The notes beneath the pieces were generated by a model, which had not been told where the DNA came from, searched no databases, and worked only from the letters and a program-made list of their open reading frames with translations. From Verrucomicrobiota bacterium (GTDB lineage: Bacteria; Verrucomicrobiota; Verrucomicrobiia; Chthoniobacterales; UBA6821), in the NCBI GenBank assembly GCA_008933015.1, contig WBXH01000002.1, forward strand, positions 1 to 58,463: DNA of 58,463 bases, read 5' to 3'. The position numbers and the translations under genes are program-made. Positions 49,640 to 58,463 of the stretch are shown piece by piece; positions within the stretch are counted from its first letter, which is position 1; every line of letters starts with the position of its first letter.

Positions 49640-51358
49640 ATGAAAACCATCCTCTTTGTCTGCACCGGTAATACATGCCGCAGCCCCATGGCTGAAGCGA
49701 TGATGCGCGAACTTCTGAAGGGACGGAAGGATTGGAACGTTCTTTCCGCCGGCGTCAGTGCATTCAAGGGGGCTACTGCCAGCCCCTTTGCCGCCTCCGC
49801 ACTTGCTGAACTTGGCATTCATTTGAATTCCTTCAGAAGCCAGCAACTTACGGAGGAATTGCTGGAGAACTCTTCCCATGTCTTCACGATGACGCGTAAT
49901 CACCAACGCCTCATTGAGTCCCTTTTCCCATCGCATTCGAACAAGGTTCAATTGGTGGGACGCTTCACCAAAAGCCAAGGAGATGTGCCGGATCCCATGG
50001 GACAGGGACCCGCAACTTACAAGCGCTGCCGTGATGTCATCAAAAGCGCGCTGGCACAAATCCTCCTTTTTGTGGATCAATCTTCTATCACCATGCCAAA
50101 CAACCCAACCAAATCATCCTTACTTTCTTGCTCACTGGCCGTTACTGACCCCCAGATTGCGGAAGCTATTGCCGCTGAGCACCATCGTCAACTCGAACAC
50201 ATCGAGCTGATTGCTTCGGAAAACTTCACGAGTCAGGCCGTGATGGAAGCCCAGGGCTCATGCCTCACCAATAAATATGCCGAGGGTTATCCTGGAAGAC
50301 GATGGTACGGAGGGTGCGAGTATGTTGATGTCGTTGAGTCCCTCGCCATTGAGAGGGCTAAGGAGCTTTTCGGAGCGGACCATGCCAACGTCCAACCCCA
50401 CAGCGGTAGCCAGGCGAACATGGCCGTCTATTTCAGCGTTCTTAAACCGGGAGACAGGATTCTCACCATGGATCTGGCGCACGGAGGGCATCTTACCCAC
50501 GGGCATAAGGCTAACTTTTCCGGAAAGCTTTACGAGGTTACCCACTACGGAGTCTCACAAGCCGATGGTCGCATCGACTATGATGCGCTGGCAAAGCAGG
50601 CCCTTGAAGTAAAACCGCGGATGATCACCGCAGGAGCCTCTGCCTATCCTCGTGAAATCGACTTCGCACGTCTTCGTGAAATCGCTGACTCGGTGGAGGC
50701 CTATCTCTTTGTCGATATGGCCCACATCGCGGGTCTGGTGGCCGGAGGAGTTCACCCCAATCCGGTACCCTTTGCCGATTTCGTGACCACAACCACGCAC
50801 AAGAGCCTCCGGGGTCCGCGTTCAGGACTGATCCTCTGCAAGGAGCAGTACGCAAAGAAAATTGACGGACAGGTTTTCCCGGGCGTACAAGGCGGACCTC
50901 TTATGCAGGTAATCGCTGCCAAGGCTGTCTGCTTCCACGAGGCGTTGCAGCCCTCCTTCAAGGAATACGCCAGACAAGTCGTGAACAATGCAAAGGCTCT
51001 TGCCGCACGTCTCTCAGTTCTCGGCTACACAATCAGTTCCGGGGGCACGGATAACCATGTGCTTCTCGTCGATCTTCGTTCCAAGGGGATCAATGGGCTT
51101 GAGGCTCAGGAGGCTCTCGATAAAGCCGCCATCACCGTGAACAAGAACGCGATCCCTTTTGACACGGAGCCTATCACCAAGACGGGTGGCATCCGACTGG
51201 GAACACCTGCCATGACAACACGCGGGCTCCGCGAAGAGGAGATGATGCAGGTGGCCGATTTCATCCACGCAGGGCTCCAGGCGCGCAATGACGAGGAAGC
51301 CCTTGCATCGCTACGCCGCGAAGTCACAGCCTTCACTGCACGATTCCCTCTGCCTTAA
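49640..51358 (+). CDS. glyA: In-frame fusion: YwlE-type low-molecular-weight phosphatase (aa 1 to about 146) + serine hydroxymethyltransferase (aa about 152 to 572)
   Basis: The N-part has [14 protein letters not shown] (CX5RS P-loop) and DVPDP. The C-part has [33 protein letters not shown] (PLP Lys). No stop codon lies between the two parts. An internal Met (MPNNPTK, nt 50093) sits at the junction. Confidence 0.85.
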   Translation: MKTILFVCTGNTCRSPMAEAMMRELLKGRKDWNVLSAGVSAFKGATASPFAASALAELGIHLNSFRSQQLTEELLENSSHVFTMTRNHQRLIESLFPSHSNKVQLVGRFTKSQGDVPDPMGQGPATYKRCRDVIKSALAQILLFVDQSSITMPNNPTKSSLLSCSLAVTDPQIAEAIAAEHHRQLEHIELIASENFTSQAVMEAQGSCLTNKYAEGYPGRRWYGGCEYVDVVESLAIERAKELFGADHANVQPHSGSQANMAVYFSVLKPGDRILTMDLAHGGHLTHGHKANFSGKLYEVTHYGVSQADGRIDYDALAKQALEVKPRMITAGASAYPREIDFARLREIADSVEAYLFVDMAHIAGLVAGGVHPNPVPFADFVTTTTHKSLRGPRSGLILCKEQYAKKIDGQVFPGVQGGPLMQVIAAKAVCFHEALQPSFKEYARQVVNNAKALAARLSVLGYTISSGGTDNHVLLVDLRSKGINGLEAQEALDKAAITVNKNAIPFDTEPITKTGGIRLGTPAMTTRGLREEEMMQVADFIHAGLQARNDEEALASLRREVTAFTARFPLP

Positions 51359-51437
51359 ACCAGCCCGACTAGGGTGTGGCCCGGTTTGCTTCCTTGAACT
51401 GACCGGCGCGACTTTCTTTTCATTTCCAATCCTCTTC

Positions 51438-52976
51438 ATGAATCCGGATGACATCCTCACCGCAAACCCTCTTCGGGAGGGCATTGCCAATCGCCTGACT
51501 CCCGAAACATGCACGTTGGTGATCTTCGGTGCTACGGGAGACCTCACGCACAGAAAGCTCATCCCCGCGCTTTACAACCTTGCTGCCGAAGGAGCCCTCC
51601 CACCCTCCCTGATTATCAGAGGGTTCGCAAGGCGTGAAAAAACCACCGAGGAGTTTCGCAAGGAATTGGAGGCATCGACCCGGAAATTCTCCCGCACCCC
51701 AGTCAACGATGAACTCTGGAATAATTTTGCCGCCACGATTTTCTATAACCAGAGCGCCTTTGACGATCCACGCGGCTATTCCGACCTGGCGAGGGAAATA
51801 CAGGAAAACGATGTTGCGAAAGGAACCGGAGGCAACAGGCTTTTCTATCTGGCCGTCGCGCCCGACCAGTTTCCGATCATTCTGGGTCATCTCAGAAGCA
51901 GCGGGTTAAACGACGACGTTCAGGGAGGTTGGGCCCGCATCATTGTGGAAAAGCCCTTTGGAATGGATCTGGCATCAGCAAGAGAACTAAACGGACTGGT
52001 CGGTGAAGTGTTCCCGGAGAAGGACACCTTCCGGATCGATCACTTTCTAGGAAAAGAGACGGCCCAGAACATCATGGTCCTGCGGTTTGCGAACTCCATC
52101 TTCGAGTCATTATGGAACTCAAGCCACATCAGCCATGTGCAGATAACCGCGGCGGAGCCGCTCGGAGTCGAAGGACGGGCGGGCTACTACGAAAAGTCTG
52201 GTGCCATGCGCGACATGGTGCAGAACCATCTTCTCCAACTCCTGACCCTGATGGCCATGGAGCCACCCACAAGTCTTGGAGCCGATGCGATTCGCGATGA
52301 AAAGGTGAAGGTACTCCGGTCGTTACGACCATTGCACGGGGATGATGTCTTTCGTCATGTGGTGCGAGCACAGTACACCGAAGGCCTGATTAACGGACAA
52401 CCCGTGGCCTCCTACCGTGGGGAGCAAGGTGTCTCCAAGGACTCCACAACGGAAACTTACGTTGCCCTGCAGCTGAACATCGACAACTGGCGTTGGGCTG
52501 GGGTTCCCTTTTTTATCCGTACCGCAAAAAGAATGCCGAAAGGGGGCACCGAAATCGCCGTTACCTTTAAGGGCGTGCCCCGTGTACTTTTCAATCAATC
52601 AGCCCAGAGTCTTGATGAGAACGTGCTGGTCATCCGCATCCAACCTGATGAGGGGGTCTCGCTCAGAATGAGCGCCAAGATGCCCGGGTCAAGCCTGAGG
52701 ATCGAACCGGTTAAAATGGACTTCCACTATGGAACATCGTTTGGGAAAGCAACCCCGGAAGCCTACGAGCGCCTCCTACTCGATGCCATGTCGGGTGATG
52801 CGACCCTTTTTGCACGCTGTGACGAAGTCGAGGAGGCGTGGGCCTTTGTTGACGGGATTGAAGAGGCGTGGAAGACGCGCTCGGACGACCTTGCGTTCCA
52901 TGCAGCCGGATCTTGGGGACCGACCGAGGCAACGGAACTTGCGGCACGCCATGGGGTCACATGGAGACGGATGTGA
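51438..52976 (+). CDS. zwf: Glucose-6-phosphate 1-dehydrogenase, paralogue 2 (512 aa)
   Basis: LVIFGATGDLTHRKL, EKPFGMD and RIDHFLGKE. I place the start at MNPDDIL; the track's upstream extension has no homology. Confidence 0.9.
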   Translation: MNPDDILTANPLREGIANRLTPETCTLVIFGATGDLTHRKLIPALYNLAAEGALPPSLIIRGFARREKTTEEFRKELEASTRKFSRTPVNDELWNNFAATIFYNQSAFDDPRGYSDLAREIQENDVAKGTGGNRLFYLAVAPDQFPIILGHLRSSGLNDDVQGGWARIIVEKPFGMDLASARELNGLVGEVFPEKDTFRIDHFLGKETAQNIMVLRFANSIFESLWNSSHISHVQITAAEPLGVEGRAGYYEKSGAMRDMVQNHLLQLLTLMAMEPPTSLGADAIRDEKVKVLRSLRPLHGDDVFRHVVRAQYTEGLINGQPVASYRGEQGVSKDSTTETYVALQLNIDNWRWAGVPFFIRTAKRMPKGGTEIAVTFKGVPRVLFNQSAQSLDENVLVIRIQPDEGVSLRMSAKMPGSSLRIEPVKMDFHYGTSFGKATPEAYERLLLDAMSGDATLFARCDEVEEAWAFVDGIEEAWKTRSDDLAFHAAGSWGPTEATELAARHGVTWRRM

Positions 52977-54010
52977 GTTTTTCACCCGGCATCGCTGTTC
53001 CAATCGGCGCCATTGAGCGCGAACTTGGACGTGTTTGGGAGGAGAGCGGTGCGGCGAAGACCCGTGCCTCGCTCATCAATCTTGCCATCTACAACGAAAA
53101 ACCGGGTTCACTCGAAGCAAATTCGGCCATCATTGGGGCAATTGCGGGTGAACACGCGATGCGGGCGATTCTTATCGAGTCCGATCCCAGTCAACCAGGA
53201 AGCAGGGCCGAAGCGTGGATCAGCATGCACTGCTACCTCCGAGGGTCCAAGGGTGGATCGGTTTGCAGTGAGCAGATTGCCTTTCAACTGGGAGGGGAAG
53301 CAGCACGATCCCTGCAGAGTGTCGTTTTTTCCCATCTTGATTCGGATCTTCCTCTGGTGCTTTGGTGGCAGGCTGATTTTCATCCTCCCATCGACGGAAA
53401 ACTATGGCAATGGGTCGATCGTCTTCTCTTCGACAGCCGCCATTGGAAAAAACCTTCGGTGCAGTTCCAACTCATTACCCAGATCACCAACCTTACGGAA
53501 ACCAAACTAGTACTCTGTGATCTTAACTGGGCGAGATCACTACCCGTGAGGCAGGCGCTCGCCGGCATGTTCGACAGCCCCGCGACACTTCCCGAATTGC
53601 AACTCATCAGATCTCTCCATATCGATCACGCACCGGGATCCCGCAGCACAGCACTCTTGCTTATCGGGTGGATTGCAGACCGATTGGGATGGGTTCTAAC
53701 GGACGCATCGCAAAACCCCACCTTCACGGATCCAAAGAAAGGAATCATTCGAGTTACCCTCAGCGAAAAAGAGGGGGCAAGTATTACGCGAATGCTTCTT
53801 AATTCCGAGAAGGGAACGTTTGAGCTCACCCACGAACCGGGTTCTGGCCTCTACATCACCAATGCCAAAAGTGACACTTTCCCTTCAATGGGCAGGGTGG
53901 TCCGTGCCGCGCGAGAGGAAACACGCGAGATTCTCCTGGCCGAACTTGCTAGGGGTGGGCGTCACCCCCTCTACAGCCCTGCAGTTAAGGCAGTGCAGGC
54001 TCTTTGGTAA
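52961..54010 (+). CDS. opcA: OpcA (G6PD assembly/allosteric effector protein)
   Basis: IERELGRVWEE...TRASLINLAIY and LPLVLWWQ resemble OpcA. It overlaps the zwf stop by 16 nt, giving the classic zwf-opcA arrangement. Confidence 0.75.
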   Translation: METDVSFSPGIAVPIGAIERELGRVWEESGAAKTRASLINLAIYNEKPGSLEANSAIIGAIAGEHAMRAILIESDPSQPGSRAEAWISMHCYLRGSKGGSVCSEQIAFQLGGEAARSLQSVVFSHLDSDLPLVLWWQADFHPPIDGKLWQWVDRLLFDSRHWKKPSVQFQLITQITNLTETKLVLCDLNWARSLPVRQALAGMFDSPATLPELQLIRSLHIDHAPGSRSTALLLIGWIADRLGWVLTDASQNPTFTDPKKGIIRVTLSEKEGASITRMLLNSEKGTFELTHEPGSGLYITNAKSDTFPSMGRVVRAAREETREILLAELARGGRHPLYSPAVKAVQALW

Positions 54011-54056
54011 TTTTTCCGGAGTAGAAGCCTTCCGATTGTGGTCCTATTTTGTGGCA

Positions 54057-56483
54057 TCAGAATTCCGCGGGATTCGGCATTGGCAGACTAAGAACGGGTA
54101 ATCCGCTTGGTTGATCCATGGGTCTCACGGGCTCCGCGCGGCGTATCGGTTTTTCATCGGTCAAAGCTGATGTCGTAACTTTTTTTTGAGCGCCTTGAAC
54201 GCCCGGATCTTTTCCATCCGGGGTTGTGGCCCTGGCAACCTTCATACTCGCACCCACCTCTCCATTCGCTTTTCCTACCGGATTCACGGAGCGGTAAAGA
54301 TCGTTCTGTGCGAGCAATGTCGGCGCGGCGATCGTCACAGGATGAATCAGTGAGAGGTCTATGGCTGCGGCTGCACGCGGCCACTCCTCCTGCTCAGTCC
54401 CCTTGTTGTAGTTGCGAATTCCTTCACCGTGGAGATCGCACTGTTGTGCGGGCATCTCCGCCGAGGCGGCGTATTCCGTGGCAATCAGCGTAGGATCCTT
54501 GCGACATGCCTGAGCAGGGAGCAAACCCGAGCGACGACAAATTTCAACTGGGAGTAATCCCTTGGGGGGAGCAAGAGGGCGGCTAGGAAACTCCTGGAGC
54601 GAGGAACTCATGACACGTGCCCATATGGGAAGGGCTAGATCCTTCCCGAAGGCCCCTCGATAGATTTTGGAAGGCTTATCAAAGCCAACCCATACCCCAC
54701 ATGTCACTGAACTGGAATAACCGACAAACCATGTGTCGGTGAAATCATAGGAGGTCCCTGATTTGCCGGCCAACTGTTGATCGGAATTAAGCCCAAGGGA
54801 AGAAGCCTCGGGCGCACACGTTTTGAAAAGGGCGTCCCGGAGAATGGCATGAACCTGAAAAGATGCCTCGGATGGGATGACATTGAGGCGGGATGTGGGG
54901 TTCTCATAAAGGACATTTCCCTGCTGATCGGTGATCCGTGTGATCGTGAAGAGCTTGGAGGGACGGCTGCCTTGATCCGGAAAGACGGTGTACGCAAGCG
55001 TCAGTTCTCCAAGGGTCATTTCACTGGATCCAAGGTAGGCATTGGCAACGTCGCGCAAAGGGGAACGGATTCCGGCATCACCGCAAAACTTTCGAAGAGC
55101 CTCCAACCCGGTCATGAATCCAAGCCTGACGACAGCAGCATTTTTCCCGCGAGCCACAGCCTCGTGTGAGGGCATGGGGCCCTCGTACACATTGTCCGGA
55201 CGCTCCACTCCCCACTCGCCCAGGATCCCGTACTCCCCACCGATCATGACAAAGCGGTTATCAATGCAGGCATCATCGACGGGACTACCGGGAAAGATAC
55301 CCTTCGCATAAGCAGCCGCCGCTAGCATCGGGGTGAAAATAGTGCCGGCAGGACGCTTCGCCTGGAAGACACGATTATACTCACTATGAAGAAAGTCCCG
55401 CCCGCCTGCTAGTGCAAGAATACCCCCAGTAGCATTGTCAACGGCCAGCACAGACCCCTGAAGGTAACCGGGGGTTGGTAGCGAGACCGGTTCCCCACGT
55501 TGCGCTGCATCCTCGAGCAATTGATTGATCTGACGGTACCGCTCCAAGGTCACGTGGGAGTACCCCGGTGTTTTTTCCACTTCCTCCAGATGGGATTTGA
55601 GTGCTTTTTCAGCAGTCTGCTGAAGCTTGGCGTCAAAAGTGGTTTCGATACTCACACCATCGTTCATGGCGCGGTCATAACCAAGCGCCGCAATGGCCTG
55701 CTGGCGCACAAGTTCCAAGGCATAGGATGTTCTGTTCGGATTTGTTCGTTTCCTCACAGTCAACTGCAACTCCACAGAGCGCTCATAATCTTCCCGGCTT
55801 ATTAGGCGGAGTTCTCTCATGCGTGTAAGCACAAAGTCGCGAACTTTTTTGGCGCCCTGGGGATTGTTCCAAGGGGAGAGTGCATTCGGGCTCTTGAGGA
55901 GTCCCGCAAGCATCGCGCATTCACCCACGGTTAGTTCATTTGCTGGCTTTCCAAAGTAACCCCGTGCCGCCGATTCCACGCCGTAGAAACCGCTGCCAAA
56001 GTAGACACGGTTGAGGTAGAGTTCCATGATTTTTTCCTTCGTCAGGTGCCGCTCAATCCTTTGGGCAACCATCATCTCTAGGAGTTTGCGGCGGAATGTC
56101 CGCTCCTTCATCTCAAAGGAATTCCTCGCAAGTTGCTGGGTCACGGTACTGGCCCCCTGCTTGACCCTTCCCTGGCGATAATTGCTGATGGCTGCGCGGA
56201 GAATTCCAAAATAATCCACGCCGTGATGCTCGAAAAACCGATTGTCTTCTTCGGCAACGATTGCGTTAACCATCTCTTTGGGAATCTTTTCGAAGGGTAT
56301 AGGCACCCTGTTTTGTATAAAGATTTTACCCAATTGCTGTCTCGTACGGTCGTAAATGATGCTGGATGACTCCATCTTTTCCATTTTCTCAAGATCAAAG
56401 GAATCAGCTTTGGCTGCAAACTCTGACACAACAAAAGCGTAGGCGGCCAAGATCGCTAAACCTAAAGCCGCGATGAGAAACAA
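54057..56483 (-). CDS. Class A PBP-like protein, copy 2 (GT51 intact, transpeptidase motifs degenerate, long C-terminal extension)
   Basis: The GT51 motifs EDNRFFEHHGVD and GASTVTQQLARN are present. The aligned transpeptidase positions read GTIFTP (not SxxK), GKN (not SxN) and KSGT. Confidence 0.85.
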   Translation of the reverse strand: MFLIAALGLAILAAYAFVVSEFAAKADSFDLEKMEKMESSSIIYDRTRQQLGKIFIQNRVPIPFEKIPKEMVNAIVAEEDNRFFEHHGVDYFGILRAAISNYRQGRVKQGASTVTQQLARNSFEMKERTFRRKLLEMMVAQRIERHLTKEKIMELYLNRVYFGSGFYGVESAARGYFGKPANELTVGECAMLAGLLKSPNALSPWNNPQGAKKVRDFVLTRMRELRLISREDYERSVELQLTVRKRTNPNRTSYALELVRQQAIAALGYDRAMNDGVSIETTFDAKLQQTAEKALKSHLEEVEKTPGYSHVTLERYRQINQLLEDAAQRGEPVSLPTPGYLQGSVLAVDNATGGILALAGGRDFLHSEYNRVFQAKRPAGTIFTPMLAAAAYAKGIFPGSPVDDACIDNRFVMIGGEYGILGEWGVERPDNVYEGPMPSHEAVARGKNAAVVRLGFMTGLEALRKFCGDAGIRSPLRDVANAYLGSSEMTLGELTLAYTVFPDQGSRPSKLFTITRITDQQGNVLYENPTSRLNVIPSEASFQVHAILRDALFKTCAPEASSLGLNSDQQLAGKSGTSYDFTDTWFVGYSSSVTCGVWVGFDKPSKIYRGAFGKDLALPIWARVMSSSLQEFPSRPLAPPKGLLPVEICRRSGLLPAQACRKDPTLIATEYAASAEMPAQQCDLHGEGIRNYNKGTEQEEWPRAAAAIDLSLIHPVTIAAPTLLAQNDLYRSVNPVGKANGEVGASMKVARATTPDGKDPGVQGAQKKVTTSALTDEKPIRRAEPVRPMDQPSGLPVLSLPMPNPAEF

Positions 56484-56633
56484 GGACGCAAAAAACCAGA
56501 GCCGGCGAAACCAAGGTTTTTTCCGGCTTTTCTCCTTTTGCTCCCAACTATAGCGGTGAGTTGCGATCAGCTATATTTCCCATGAAGCAGGTGGACGGGC
56601 AAGCAATCCCGCCAACCATCCGCGATCCAGGAA

Positions 56634-57821
56634 TCACACTACCTTCAACCCCGAGGACCAAACTCCATTGACCTGCCATGCTGGGCTTACCCTGACCAGA
56701 TCGGCGCGCTTTCCCCGATCTATGGAACCCCGCTCGCGCTCTATCCCAAGGGCTTTCGCAGGAACCAATGTGGCCATCGCGACAGCTTCCTCCAAAGGTA
56801 TTCCGACACACTCAACCATGAACCTGACCCCGTCGAGTAGGCATGCAGTGCTGCCAGCCAAGCGCCTCCCCGAGCCTGTTCCTGTCCATGCGGCATCATT
56901 CGCAATCCGGCATGGAATTCCACCAAGATCAAAGAGAGCTCCCTCCCCCATCCCCGCTCCAGCAGTGGCGTCAGACACCAAGACCAACTCCTCCCACCCC
57001 TTTGCCATCCAAGCCAATCGAAGCAGGGTTGGAGGCAAATGGACACCGTCAGCTATCAACTCGCAGAGCACTCCCCTCCTCGTCAATGCAGCTTCAGCCA
57101 GTCCAGTCGTGCGTGTGCCAAGATGAGATCGTTGTGAGGACATGCAGTTGTAAAGATGTGTTACTTGCGTCACGCCAAGATCAAATCCTGTTTTGGCCTC
57201 CGAATCCGAGGCCTCGGAATGACCAGCACTAATGGTTATCCCATGTTTTTTTAATTCCAGAATAAGTTCACATGCACCTGGTATTTCAGGGGCAATCGTT
57301 ATCCGTTTGATGATCTCCCTATGTTTGAGGAGAGCCCTTGTTTCCTGATCGGAGGGTTCTCTTAGAGAGGACTCTAAATGCGCACCTCTCCTAGACCTTG
57401 CAAAATAGGGCCCCTCAAGATGAATGCCTGCTAGAAAGCCATCACTTGTCGAGGTGATGTATTGTTCCGCAGCCATTAGTACACTCAATATTCCTTCAAG
57501 AGGTGCTGATACGGTGGAGAGAACCGTAAGGGTAGTCCCATGCGATAGATGGTGACGAAGAATGCGGTCGAAAGCCGTAGGCGTCGCTTCCATGGCGTCA
57601 TGGCCGACAGCACCATGACAGTGGAGGTCAATCAATCCGGGAAACAGATAATCACCTTGACAGTCGATCACCCCAGCCAAGCCTGCTACAGGGAGACCTA
57701 TTGTCAGTAAGCCACTCCGGATTTCCGTGATCATCCCATCCTCAACCACGAGACTTCCAAGGATGCTCCCCCGCTGATCGGGAAGTATCATACGGGCATT
57801 GGTAAAAAACCTTTTTTTCAT
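56634..57821 (-). CDS. nagA: N-acetylglucosamine-6-phosphate deacetylase
   Basis: GLIDLHCHGAVGHD metal site, IHLEGPY, SAGHSEA, THLYNCMS. Confidence 0.85.
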   Translation of the reverse strand: MKKRFFTNARMILPDQRGSILGSLVVEDGMITEIRSGLLTIGLPVAGLAGVIDCQGDYLFPGLIDLHCHGAVGHDAMEATPTAFDRILRHHLSHGTTLTVLSTVSAPLEGILSVLMAAEQYITSTSDGFLAGIHLEGPYFARSRRGAHLESSLREPSDQETRALLKHREIIKRITIAPEIPGACELILELKKHGITISAGHSEASDSEAKTGFDLGVTQVTHLYNCMSSQRSHLGTRTTGLAEAALTRRGVLCELIADGVHLPPTLLRLAWMAKGWEELVLVSDATAGAGMGEGALFDLGGIPCRIANDAAWTGTGSGRRLAGSTACLLDGVRFMVECVGIPLEEAVAMATLVPAKALGIERERGSIDRGKRADLVRVSPAWQVNGVWSSGLKVV

Positions 57822-57879
57822 CTCAAAGAGTTTCCGCCCCGAATTTCTTATCAGTTTACCGAAAACCTCAAGATTCCCT

Positions 57880-57899
57880 AGATAGAAATGAGATAGAAA
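57880..57899 (-). repeat. Direct repeat AGATAGAAA x2 with 11-bp phasing upstream of nagA
   Basis: AGATAGAAA-tg-AGATAGAAA read directly. It lies between the rpsD terminator and the nagA start. Confidence 0.4.
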
Positions 57900-57931
57900 A
57901 AAAGCCGCCTCAGGTAAACCTGGGCGGCTTT
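57897..57931 (-). terminator. Rho-independent terminator after rpsD
   Basis: On the minus strand: AAAGCCGCC-CAGG-ttta-CCTG-A-GGCGGCTTT followed by a 7-residue T-run that begins inside the stem (a 13-bp stem with one bulge). Confidence 0.7.
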
Positions 57932-57985
57932 AAATGTTTTTTTAATCTCTGGATAGAATCAGGACGGGGAAACTATCGTGGATGC

Positions 57986-58463
57986 CTATCGGGAATAGAG
58001 CTCGACGACCAACTGCTCGTTCACAACGGGGTTGATTTCTTCGCGGGTCGGAATCCTAACGACCTTTCCACTCAAAGCCTCCTTATCAACGAGAAGCCAA
58101 TCAGGCGGCTCGATAATCTGGGTCTGGTCCAGACCGCGCTGGGCAAGCCTCTTGGATCCATCCTTTGTACGGACTGAAACCACATCACCAACCTTGAGAG
58201 TGGCGGATGAGATATCGGTTTTACGACCGTTCAAGCTAATGTGACCGTGAGCAACCATCTGACGTGACGCGGAGCGCGTCTTGGCAAAGCCCATGCGATA
58301 AACCACGTTATCAAGCCTGGTCTCAAGAAGTTGAAGAAGAATCAATCCGGTGACGCCACGAGTCTTAAGGGCAGTCTCGAAATAGCGCCTGAACTGACGT
58401 TCAAGAACTCCGTACTGGAAACGTAGCTTCTGCTTTTCTGCGAGCGCGGTACCATATTCGGAA
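57986..58463 (-). CDS. rpsD: 30S ribosomal protein S4 (5' end runs off the window)
   Basis: The reading frame stays open to the window edge: SEYGTALAEKQKLRFQYGVLERQFRRYFETALKTRGVTGLILLQLLETRLDNVVYRMGFA... is S4 with its S4 RNA-binding domain. Confidence 0.9.
   Translation of the reverse strand, partial: SEYGTALAEKQKLRFQYGVLERQFRRYFETALKTRGVTGLILLQLLETRLDNVVYRMGFAKTRSASRQMVAHGHISLNGRKTDISSATLKVGDVVSVRTKDGSKRLAQRGLDQTQIIEPPDWLLVDKEALSGKVVRIPTREEINPVVNEQLVVELYSR

Overview
This window is a dense, moderately GC-rich stretch of bacterial chromosome made up almost entirely of core housekeeping genes on both strands.

**Gene content**
- Oxidative pentose-phosphate and glycolysis genes: zwf-gnd, pgi-pgl, a second zwf with opcA, and eno.
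- TCA genes: sucC-sucD and citrate synthase.
- Glycogen and sugar genes: glgX, a sugar nucleotidyltransferase, an OprB-type porin and nagA.
- Translation genes: aspS, hisS, rpmG, rpsR, trmD, prfB (with its programmed +1 frameshift), tsaE/tsaB, rluD, partial rpsD and one tRNA-Ser(CGA).
- Envelope genes: two class A PBPs, PBP2, murI and ftsB.
- DNA repair genes: lexA, recR, a family-4 UDG and a short SRAP-like gene.
- Also lipA, plsC, an ABC-3 metal importer and a lone nuoA.

**Likely lineage**
Several architectures suggest a PVC or Verrucomicrobia-like lineage. These are a roughly 620-aa GreA with a long N-terminal extension, as in Chlamydiae, two proteins with histone-H1-like Lys/Ala/Pro tails, and zwf-opcA. 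This is inference only.

**What is absent**
I see no rRNA, CRISPR array, integrase, transposase or recognisable defence, toxin or secretion island. I cannot point to a clear multi-gene novel system.

**Best leads**
1. The lexA locus has a perfect 12-N8-12 inverted repeat over its start codon and an unrecognised 65-codon ORF co-oriented just downstream.
2. A YwlE-type phosphatase is fused in frame to GlyA.
3. A second class A PBP has transpeptidase motifs that are degenerate.
4. A DksA-like protein and a second protein both carry H1-like tails.
5. A secreted protein shows 11-residue periodicity.
6. An att-like duplication of the tRNA-Ser 3' end lies next to a miniaturised SRAP gene and an orphan nuoA.

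All calls come from reading the translations and the DNA by eye. No searches were run.
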